From assembly GCA_003217875.1 (NCBI GenBank), contig QHMR01000017.1, positions 2,711-66,710 on the forward strand: DNA of 64,000 nt. The letters are read 5' to 3'. The notes under the pieces are model-generated. The model made no database searches and was not told the DNA's origin. It was given only the letters and a program-made list of their open reading frames with translations. The translations under genes were made by a program, and so were the position numbers. Shown here piece after piece: positions 1-10,700 of the stretch (positions are counted from its first letter, which is position 1; every line of letters begins with the position of its first letter). The DNA comes from Verrucomicrobiota bacterium. GTDB lineage: Bacteria; Verrucomicrobiota; Verrucomicrobiia; Chthoniobacterales; UBA10450.

Positions 1-542
<542 letters not shown>

Positions 543-739
543 ACTGATATGTCGATCCGAGGCGCAAAACCTTACGAGCGTGTGCAAGGTCTGTACCCTG
601 CCGCGGGATCAAGCATGCCAGTTACACGGGGCTGATTGTAAGGAATTACCGCGGCACCCGACACATCTCGAAACCTCTGATCACGATCCGTCAATCTAAA
701 GCTGCGTCGAAACTCACGCTGGTTTGCCTCGACGCCACT

Positions 740-1372
740 TTGAAGACGCCCCGCAGCCTTTACACAATTTCTTCCGAAGATCCGATGACCGATTCAAGGT
801 CCTCTTTTGCTGACGCCCTTTTTGGGGCTATCTCTTGGCCGGTTTCGCGCTTTCGTCTCGCAGAAGGACTGTTGCTCGAACAGCAAATGTTCTTGCCGCA
901 TGATGAATCAGCCGTCGCGATATCGTGGTCGCTCCGGGGCGACGTAGCTATCGCTGCGCAGCTTGTGGTAAGACCATTCTTTTCCGGTTGTGGGCCACGC
1001 GCTTACCGCGACGTCGGCTTCCAGTTTGACCCCAAAGACAACGGCGGGCGGCTCACCTGGCTACCAAATGTGCGAGGGCCAAGAGTCTTTGCCGATACCA
1101 ATGGCCGGTATCACGACGAACCAGTTCGGTTGTTCGATTGCCTTAGCGAGCAAGCGGCAGCTTCGGCTCCAGCGGCAGATGTGATCACGCCGGGACGTTT
1201 TGAATTTGAACTCAGCAGGCGACCCGCGGTTCTGATCCTCTCAATGGAAGATCCTGCCACTATTCAACATCACCAGCACATTGGTATTTTTCTGGCGGGG
1301 CTAATGCAAGAAAAAGCCTCTGCCAGAGCCGGTTCGACTATTGCGGAGAGTGTCGGGCTGGGAACTCAATAG
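740..1372 (+). pseudogene. Remnant of a bacterial glycogen debranching enzyme (part of the GDE N-terminal domain only)
   Basis: The 210-aa ORF (ISWPVSRFRLAEGLLLEQQMFLPHDESAVAISWSL...LVVRPFFSGCGPRAYRDVGFQF...) resembles the distal part of the GDE_N domain. The usual N-terminal NTRRYHGLL-type segment and the whole amylo-alpha-1,6-glucosidase catalytic domain (about 400 aa) are missing. Confidence 0.5.
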
Positions 1373-1439
1373 CTAGTCTTGACCGAACCCAAGAGACTCG
1401 AAAACTCTTGCGAAAGCATCTTTCCAGATAACCATTGCC

Positions 1440-1536
1440 GCTTCTAAATCGGTAGCTTATCCGGTAACGCACCGTTATTACCCTCGTCAGCGCTGTGGTT
1501 AAGAGTCACTTGCTCTGCCAATTGAGCTAATGGTGC
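1440..1536 (-). repeat. tRNA-Lys(CUU)-like element, copy A (canonical 5' half, no T-arm)
   Basis: The minus strand from 1536 reads GCACCAT-TA-GCTC-AATTGGCA-GAGC-A-AGTGA-CTCTTAA-CCACA. That is an acceptor 5' strand, U8, a perfect D-arm with G18G19, and an anticodon loop C-U-CUU-A-A. The 39-43 strand pairs at only 3 of 5 positions, and I find no GTTCRANYC T-loop. It is paralogous to 11015..11113. Confidence 0.55.
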
Positions 1537-1730
1537 TTTCCGGCTTTAGATGTTACATCGTCAAGCTTTTGCTCAAAATCACCCGACTTTGAAAGCGCAG
1601 CAACAAGATTGCCGCTTTTAGTATGACGCAAATTTTCAACGTCAGCTGCTGAAATTCGCACTTTCCAAAGTTGCGGAGCACCCGCCACGCATTGTAACAC
1701 GGCGCCTAATTTTTCGACTAATGAATCCAA
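1527..1730 (-). CDS. Hypothetical small protein (67 aa); its stop codon lies inside tRNA-like copy A
   Basis: ORF only: MDSLVEKLGAVLQCVAGAPQLWKVRISAADVENL.... No family recognised. It may be non-coding. Confidence 0.25.
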   Translation of the reverse strand: MDSLVEKLGAVLQCVAGAPQLWKVRISAADVENLRHTKSGNLVAALSKSGDFEQKLDDVTSKAGKHH

Positions 1731-1793
1731 CGCCCTCGCGGGCGTTGAAACAATCGCGTCGATATTTCCAAGTCATATCCTATAGGCTTAGAT

Positions 1794-4700
1794 ATGAGAT
1801 TTTGGCGGAAGAAGGCGCATCGCGTTTTGGTCGTTGGGATTTTCCAAAGCGTGGGAACCGGTCGGGCGGTATTGCAGAATCTCCATCGCGCTCGGTTTCG
1901 CCGCGCCGCCGCGATCCACGCTTCTGCCAAAGGCCGACAGCGGGTCGAGGAACAGGGGATTTCGGCGATCGGCGGGTCGGCCGCGGTTTCCGTTCTCAGC
2001 CTGGCCCTTGGGGCATTTATCTTCTGGGAGCGCGGGACGCTGGGCAACTACCGGCCGTCCGAGTTGGCCCTGGTACTCGCTGCGTTCGCGTTAGCAGGTG
2101 CTACCACCGGCTGGATTCTCGTTCAGTTGCTTCGAGAACATGTCGACGCGGCGAGCCTTGCCAGATTCACGAGCACGATCCTGCCGAATGAAACGGTCGT
2201 TCTAGCTGAAGTCGAAGCGAGCGAAGCCTCGCGCGCGCTGGCGATTTTGCGGGACGTGGAAGCCGAGGCACCCGTGACGTTCGGTTTTTATCCGCCGCCA
2301 CCTTTCTCTGTCGAACCGACCGCACGACCGCTCAGTCATGAACTACCTTCGAGTCAGCGTCTCGTGGAAAATGCGGCCAGCCTCGCAAGCGCAATCGCAG
2401 TCAGCCGCGGAGCGAAGCCGCGCGGGCCATCCTTTTTGCACCGGTTACTCGAAATCGAGGACGCACTGGAATGGGCGAACATGGGTCTCACCATGTCGGC
2501 CGATGCGCACCATGCCTTCACGCTTTCGGCGGAGTGGCTGCTTGATAACGCTTATTTGATTCGGGAACAGGTGACCGATCTGCGGAAGAGTCTCCCGCAA
2601 AAATACTATGGAAAGCTGCCTCTGATCGCAAACGGCCCAGCTGCGGGGTTGCCCAGGGTTTATCACGTTGCCGCGGAAATGGTCGCCGAGACCGACGGAG
2701 CCTTGGAGCCCGAGATCATCCGGAGATTTCTGGCCGCGTTTCAGGCGATCACACCGCTGGACATCGGAGAACTCTGGGCTCTTCCGTTGATGCTGCGATT
2801 GCAGTTACTCGAATGTATTCGCGCGCTCGCGATCCAAGTCGACCAACAGCAACGGGAAAGCGAGGAGGCCGATTTCTGGGCAAATCGGCTTATCACCGCC
2901 GTCCGTCACAGCTCACCGCGATTGCTCAAAATAATGGAGCAACTCGTGGAACGATATCCCGAGCCGACGCCGCATTTTGCGAGCGAGCTAGTGGCGCATC
3001 TCTACGACGACGAGGGAGCGCTCCCGGTGGTGAGCGGCTGGCTGGAACGCTCGCTCCGTTCGCCGCTGCTCGAGGTTATGCAGCAGGAACATCGGCACCA
3101 GGCCGTACAGCAGACCGCGCTCACCAATGCGATCAATAGTTGTCGCCGCCTTGCGCAAATCCAGTGGCGGGAACTTTTCCAATCGACCAGCTGGGCGGAA
3201 AGCGAGTTGGCTGCGGATCCGGCCGGCGTTTACGCCCGGATGGATTTTGAGACGCGTGATCGATGCCGGAGCGCGGTGGAGGAAATCGCCCGATGGTCAA
3301 ATTGTTCGGAGCAAAACGCCATCGATCGCGCCCTCGCGCTGGCGAAGGCCGCGCGGGACGAAGTTGCGCGCCACGTCGGGTATTATCTGATCGATGCGGG
3401 CCGGCCGGTGCTCGAGCAAGCTACTGGCGCCAGAGTACCCCTGGCGGAACGGTCGCGCCGATGGCTTCGCGCCCACGCGGTGGGCGCTTACTTCGGAAGC
3501 TTCTTCCTGCTCATGGCCGCCTTCGTGACGGCTCCGCTCCTTCTAGTTACTGGATTGGTCCCTTGGATGACACTGGCGCTCCTGGGATTGCTGCTACTCT
3601 TGCCCGCGAGTGAGCTAGCGGTGCTGGTCGTGAATTATTTCGTGACCTTGCTCCTGCCGCCGCAGGCGTTGCCGAAAATGTCCTTCGAAAAAGAAGGCAT
3701 TCCCGATGATTGCCGCACGCTGGTGGTAGTGCCGATGCTGCTGACCACTCCGAGCGCGATCCAAAGCCAACTCAGCAGGCTTGAAATTCATTACCTCGGA
3801 AACACCGATCGGAATCTGCGCTTTTCGCTCCTGACAGATTTTTCTGACGCCCCGCGGCAGAGTATGCCGGAGGACACAGAATATATCGACATCGTTGCCC
3901 GCGGCATCGAGGAATTGAATCGCCGACACGGAGCGGGGCACTTCTTTCTTTTCCATCGCGGTCGCATGTGGAGCGAGAGCGAGCAACGCTGGATCGGCTG
4001 GGAGCGCAAGCGCGGCAAGCTTGAGCAACTCAATCGATTTCTCATCGGTGAATCCGGGCCGGAGCTGGAAGGATTTCTCTGTGCGGGCGATCGCGCGCAG
4101 CTCGAGGGCATTCGTTTTGTCATCACTCTGGATGCCGATACCCAACTGCTGCGCGACACCGCCCGGAGGATGATCGAAACTCTCGCGCATCCGCTGAATC
4201 AGGCGCGGCTTTCGCCAGATGGTCACGTAATTCGCGGGTACACGATCATTCAACCCAGCGTCAGCGCGTCGCTCCCGAGCGCGACGGCGACATGGTTCTC
4301 ACGCATCTTTGCTGATCCGCGCGGGATCGACCCTTACACGCACGCGGTCTCCGACGTTTACCAGGATTTGGTCGGAGAAGGCAGTTATCACGGCAAGGGC
4401 ATTTACGAATTGCAGACGTTTCACCGGCTCTTATCAGGCCGATTTCCGACGGCGCACTTGTTGAGCCATGATCTGCTGGAAGGATGTCACGTCCGAGTGG
4501 GACTGGCGACAGACATCGAGTTGCTGGATGTCTTCCCGAATAGTTACATCGCGTGGTGGAGTCGGCAGCACCGCTGGATTCGTGGGGACTGGCAAATCAT
4601 TGACTGGCTCAAGTCTTGCGTGCCGGTGGGCGGCGGCAAGATGGAACCCAATCCGCTTTCCGCTTTCAACCGCTGGAAGATCTTCGACAATCTGCGCCGG

Positions 4701-7700
4701 AGTCTGGTGCCACCGGCGACCGTGGCCCTCCTCTTGGCAGGCTGGTTTTTCACGCCTACTCCGATGCTTTGGAGCGGACTTATCGCGGCCCTAATGTTGT
4801 GGCCGGTCCTGAATGCTTTCCTCGAGCTATTGTTCCATCCGCCGCCGCCCGGAACGAGATTTTGGCGCGACCCGCGCGACCGGCTCCTGCGCGTCATGCT
4901 CACGGTTATTTTTCTGGCGGATAATTCGGCCATGGCGCTCGATGCCATTGTTCGCGTCATCTACCGGCGAATCACGTCGCATCGGCTGCTCCTGGAATGG
5001 GAGACGGCGGCGGACGCTCACCGGCGCGCGAGAAGTCGGCAACTGCAATTTATTCTCAGCAGGCTTTGGATTCCCGCTGCCTGCGTGTTCCTTTTCGTCG
5101 GCGCGGCGTCGCGGGGAACCGCGGCGATGGTAGCCGCCGCCCCCTTCCTCCTCTTGGGGGCTCTCTTTCCGATGGCGGTAATGGTGATCAACCGGCCAGC
5201 GAAGAGTTGGCGTGGCGGAACGCTAACGTCGGATGATCGCCGATTCCTGAGCGCGGTCGCGCGACGAACGTGGAGATACTTCGATGATTTTGTCGGACCA
5301 CAGACCTCTTGGTTGCCGCCGGACAATATCCAGGAAACGCCGACGCGGGAAATTTTCATGCGCACTTCACCAACGAACATCGGGCTGTCCATGCTGGCGA
5401 CCGTCGCGGCGAATGATTTCGGTTACATCACCATCGATGATTTGGTGGAGCGCAACCTCCGCACGCTTGAAACCCTGGGCCGGCTCGAGCGTTTCGAAGG
5501 CCATCTTTTTAATTGGTACGACCTGAGCACTCTGGAGCCTTTGCGTCCACGCTACGTCTCCGCCGTGGACAGCGGAAATTTGCTTGCCAGCCTCTGGACT
5601 TTCGAAACCAGTTGCGATGAACTGGCGGCGCGTCCTCTTCTGGATGAGTCCGCATTGCGTGGAATAGCCGACACGCTGAGCGTGCTCCGGCAAATCGCAC
5701 CCAACATGAAACAAGCGGAACGCCCTTCGGCGTTTCTCCGCCTGGCGGAACTGACCATGGGCCAGCCGGCGAATCTGGAAGAAATCATTCTACGTGTAAG
5801 GGCGGCTCGACAGCCCGCGCAAGATCTTCTGCTCCACTACCGCGGACGGGAAACCGATCCGCGGGCTTATTGGGTGCAACAAATTTCGAAGCAGGTCGCG
5901 GCGTGGAATGGCGTCATCGACAAATATCTTCGACCGGTGGAAATTCTGATGTCGCCGCCCGCGCAATTGATGTTGTTAGGCGAGGCGACGCACGAATCCC
6001 GGCGGGAAGCGCTGGCGGCCACCTTTTCGCTACGCAACATTGCCATCGAGGGCATCTCTGGGCTGGTACCACTGCTTCCTTTTTATCAGAGGCGAGAGGA
6101 CCAGGAAATATCTCGCGACGTGCGCGAGTGGCTCGATCTTCTCGTCACAGAGGTCGACCGTTCGCGCCGGAACGCCTCGGAGCAGCTCGCGCAATTGGAC
6201 GAATTGATCGGCCAGAGCCAGCAACTGGAAGGCGGCATGGGGCTGCGATTTCTTTACGATGAGGAACGGCGAATTTTTGCCATTGGGTATCAGGTGGCTG
6301 AGCGCCGGCTTGAGACCTCGTTTTACGATCTGCTCGCAAGCGAAGCGCGCTTAACGAGCTTCCTGGCGATCGCGCGCGGAGAAGTGCCGGTAGAACACTG
6401 GTGGGCTTTGAGCCGGCCCTTTGGATCCGCCTACGGTCGGCTGCCGCTTCTCTCCTGGAGCGGGACGATGTTCGAATATTTGATGCCGCTGTTGTTCACT
6501 CAGACGCATGAGAATTCGCTGCTCGATCGCGCCTGTTACGACGCCGTGCGCTGTCAGATTGGCTATGCCCGGCAAAGCCGCGTGCCGTGGGGCATTTCGG
6601 AATCGGCCTTCAGTGCGCTCGACCGACACAACGTTTATCAATACCGAGCCTTTGGCGTACCGGCGCTGGCATTGAAACGTGGGCAGGAAGACGACCTGGT
6701 GGTTGCACCATATGCCGCCGCGCTCGCTCTCGGCGTGGAACCGGCCGCTGCGATGAAGAACTTGCGGCGGCTCGCGAACCTGGGCGATTCGGCACTGCTT
6801 GGCGATTACGGCTACTACGAAGCAATCGATTATTCGCGCCGCGCGGAACTCGACGGCGCGGCGGGAATCATCATCCACTGTTACATGGTTCATCACCAGG
6901 GAATGTCGCTCCTGGCTTATGACAACGCCTTACATGACAACGCGATGAGGAGGCGGTTTCATTCCGATCCCCGTATTCGCGCCACCGAGCCGCTCTTGCA
7001 CGAGCATATCCCAGAACAAATTTTGCCGACCACCGGTGAGGCGCATGAAGAACGACCTGTGCGCCAGACGATCGCGACGGTCGGCGCTCCCGCCGTGGCG
7101 CAAACACCGGACATCGCTTCGCCGCGCACTCATCTTCTTTCCAATGGAACCTGCTCCGTTACGGTGACTAACTCCGGTGGCGGCTACCTGCGTTGGCTGG
7201 AGCTGGACGTAACGCGCTGGCGCGCCGACGCGACCTGCGACATGTCCGGCCCGTTTTGTTATATCCGGGATTTGGAAAGCGGAACGACTTGGAGCAACAC
7301 CCATCAACCGGTGAGATCTCCCGAGCGCCGTTACACCTGGAGCTTCACGGCGGACAAAGCAGAGTTTCGGCGAAGGAGTGGGCCGTGCGAGACGATCACG
7401 GAAATTGTCATCTCCGCGGAAGACGATGCGGAAGTCCGGCGCGTGACCTTAGTGAATACCTCACGCAAAACATGCCAACTGGAGCTGACGAGTTATCTCG
7501 AGCTCGCTCTTGCGCCGCATCGGACGGACCGCGCGCATCCCGCTTTCAACAAGCTCTTCATCGAAACCGAATGGCTGCCGAATTGCGAAGCTCTTGTCGC
7601 CCGGCGCCGCCTGCGCGGTCCCGACGATCGCTCTGTCTGGGCTGCGCACCTCATGGTCCCAGAATCACCCATTGAGGCGATGGAATTTGAAACGGACCGG

Positions 7701-10700
7701 ACCAAGTTTCTCGGCCGGGGCCGCACGACCGAAAATCCCAAAGCCCTCAGCCGGCACTTAACGAACAGTATCGGTGCCGTCCTGGATCCGATCTTCAGCC
7801 TGCGTCGGCGCGTCACGATTCTGCCTAACCAGCGATTTCAGTTTGCGCTCGTTACCGTGGTGGCAGAGTCCCGCGAAGCGGTTGTTACACTGGCGGGGCG
7901 CTACTCTGAGTTTCACACTTGCGCGCGAGCTTTTGAGACCGCTTGGACCCATTCGCAGTTGGAGATGCGCCGGCTCCATATCCGCCGAGCCGACGTGCAA
8001 ACCTTTCAACAACTGGCCGGCCTCATTATCTTTCCACAGGCCCAACTTCGACCGCCGCCCGCCCGTCTCGGCCGCCGCGCCGAGGGTCAGCGAGCGCTAT
8101 GGCGACAAAGCATTTCAGGTGATCTGCCGATCGTCGTCGTCATGATTGGTCACCTCCGTGACATGGAAGTCGTGCGAGAAATATTGACCGCACATACCTT
8201 CTGGCATCTGCGCGGCTTGAAGGTCGATCTCGTTCTCGTGAGCGAGGAACTGCCGAGTTACGAAGAACCATTGACCGAGCATCTGCGCAGGCTCACCGAA
8301 GCGCAGGCGCACTTGACCGGCGTCGATCAACCCGGCGGCGTCTATCTCCGGTCGGCGACAAAAATTTCGAAAGAAGAGCTGATCGCACTTCAAGCGGCTG
8401 CACGGATGGTCCTGGTCGCAGCTCGCGGCACATTGCGCCAACAACTTGCCGCGACCGCACCGGCGGCTGCGAAACCGCGGCAATTAGTGCCCGGGCGCCA
8501 CTTTCGTGAAGAGCCCTCTGCGCCTCTGTCTTTCATGGAACTGAAATACTTTAACGGTCTCGGCGGCTTTACCGAGGACGGGAAGGAATTCGTCATTTAT
8601 TTGGGTCCAAGCACACACACGCCGCTTCCTTGGATCAATATCATGGCGAACCCGAAGTTCGGCACATTGGTTTCCGAATCCGGCGCAGAATGTGTCTGGG
8701 GCCGCAATAGCCAGAACGATCGTCTCACGCCGTGGTTTAACGATCCGATCTGCGATCCGCCCGGAACCGCCATCTACATCCGAGATGATGAGATCGGTGT
8801 CGTGTGGTCGCCAACCCCTAAACCGATTCGGGAAAAGGACGCCTATCGCGCGCGGCATGGTCAGGGTTACACAACCTTTGAACACAACAGCCACGCGATC
8901 GAACAATGGCTACTCACCTTTGTGCCGGTCGATGATACCGGGGGACAGCCGGTTCGCTTGCAGCGGCTGCGTTTGCGCAACAATTCGTCGCGCCGACGAA
9001 AGCTGACTGTCACCGCCTACGCCACACTCGTGCTCGGACCCGATCCAGAGGAAACCGGTATGCATATCGTTACGAAATGGGATTTGCAGAGCCAGAGTCT
9101 GTTTGCCCGCAATTCCTACAACCCGGAATTTTGCGATTGCATCACTTTTGCCACTTCGGCTCCGACGCCTACTTCGTTCACCGCTGATCGCGCCGGGTTC
9201 ATCGGACGTAATCGCTCGCTGCGCGATCCGGCCGCGATGGAACAGGAACGATTGACCGGCGAGGTTGGCGCTGGCCTCGACCCTTGCGCTGCCGTCCAGA
9301 TCGCAATTGAGATTGAACCGGGAGACATCGCCGAGATGACTTTCCTTTTCGGGCAAGCGGACGGCGAAGAAAAAGCGCGTGGACTCGTTACTCGCTTTCG
9401 CGATCCCGCTAACGTCGAAGCCGCATTCCAAGAAACACGCCATTGGTGGGATCGGCTCTTAAGCACGATCGAAGTAGAAACACCCGAGCTTTCCACGAAT
9501 TTTCTGCTCAACCGCTGGCTGCTTTACCAGACTCTCAGCTGCCGGGTCTGGGGCCGCACCGCCCTTTATCAATCGAGCGGCGCTTACGGGTTCCGAGACC
9601 AGTTGCAGGATGTGATGGCTCTCGTGCACGCCTCGCCACACTTGGCTCGCGAGCACATTCTGCGCGCGGCCGCACGGCAATTCGTGGAAGGCGACGTCCA
9701 GCACTGGTGGCATCCAGAGTCTGGCGTCGGCGTCCGGACCCGCATCAGTGACGATCTTCTCTGGCTTCCTTTCGTCACCGCGCATTACGTCCGCACCACC
9801 GGTGACGCGGCGATCCTCGATCAGATGATTCCGTTCCTCGAAGGCAAACCGTTGGAGGAACAACAGACGGAGAGCCTTTCTATTCCGGTCGCTTCCGCCA
9901 CGGAAGCTTCTCTACTCGAACATTGCCGCCGGGCCATTAGGCGCGCCGCCACTTCCGGTCCGCACGGATTACCGCTAATCGGAGGCGGCGATTGGAACGA
10001 CGGCCTTAACCGCGTTGGGCTGGGCGGCAAAGGCGAAAGCGTCTGGCTCGCTTGGTTTGAAATTTGTGTGCTTAGAGACTTCGCAGAATTGCTCGCACTG
10101 CGCGAACTCGACAAGGAAGCGCAGGCCTGCCATACCCGCGCTGTCGAACTCGCAAAAACCGTCGACGCCCAAGCTTGGGACGGAGCATGGTATTGCCGGG
10201 GATACTTTGACGATGGCACACCTTTCGGAGCCAGGGAAAATGCTGAAGCCCGCATCGATTCGCTCCCGCAAAGCTGGGCTGCCATTTGCGGCGCAGGCGA
10301 CTCGGAGCGCGTAGACGTCGCGCTGCGATCACTGGAGGAAAACCTCGTGCGTGAAGCCGACGACCTAATTTTGCTCTTTACTCCGCCTTTCGACAAAACC
10401 ATCGCCGATGTTGGCTACATCAAGGGTTACCCGCCCGGTGTCCGGGAAAACGGCGGCCAATACACGCATGCCGCCACTTGGGTCGCCATGGCCTTTGCCC
10501 GCCAAGGCGACGGCGACAAGGCCGTTCGGCTTTTACGGATGCTGAATCCGATTGAGCACGCCCGGGATGAGAAGGATTGCGAACGCTACAAGGTCGAACC
10601 GTACGTCATGCCGGGCGATGTTTACTCGTTAGCCGGCCACGTCGGGCGTGGAGGCTGGACATGGTACACGGGGGCGGCGGGCTGGACCTATCGCGTCTGG

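Noticed and set aside
1440-1536. Calling the two tRNA-like elements (1440-1536 and 11015-11113) genuine tRNA-Lys genes
   Set aside because: By hand folding, only 3 of 5 anticodon-stem pairs form. There is no T-stem or GTTCRA loop, and copy B has no 3' acceptor strand. I report them as tRNA-like repeats instead.
3615-4253. Long antisense or alternative-frame ORFs inside cgs (for example 3615-4253, 6351-6896, 8910-9443, 9821-10402)
   Set aside because: These are typical GC-rich shadow ORFs opposite a strongly supported 3057-aa gene. Their translations are Arg/Ala/Pro-rich with no recognisable motifs.
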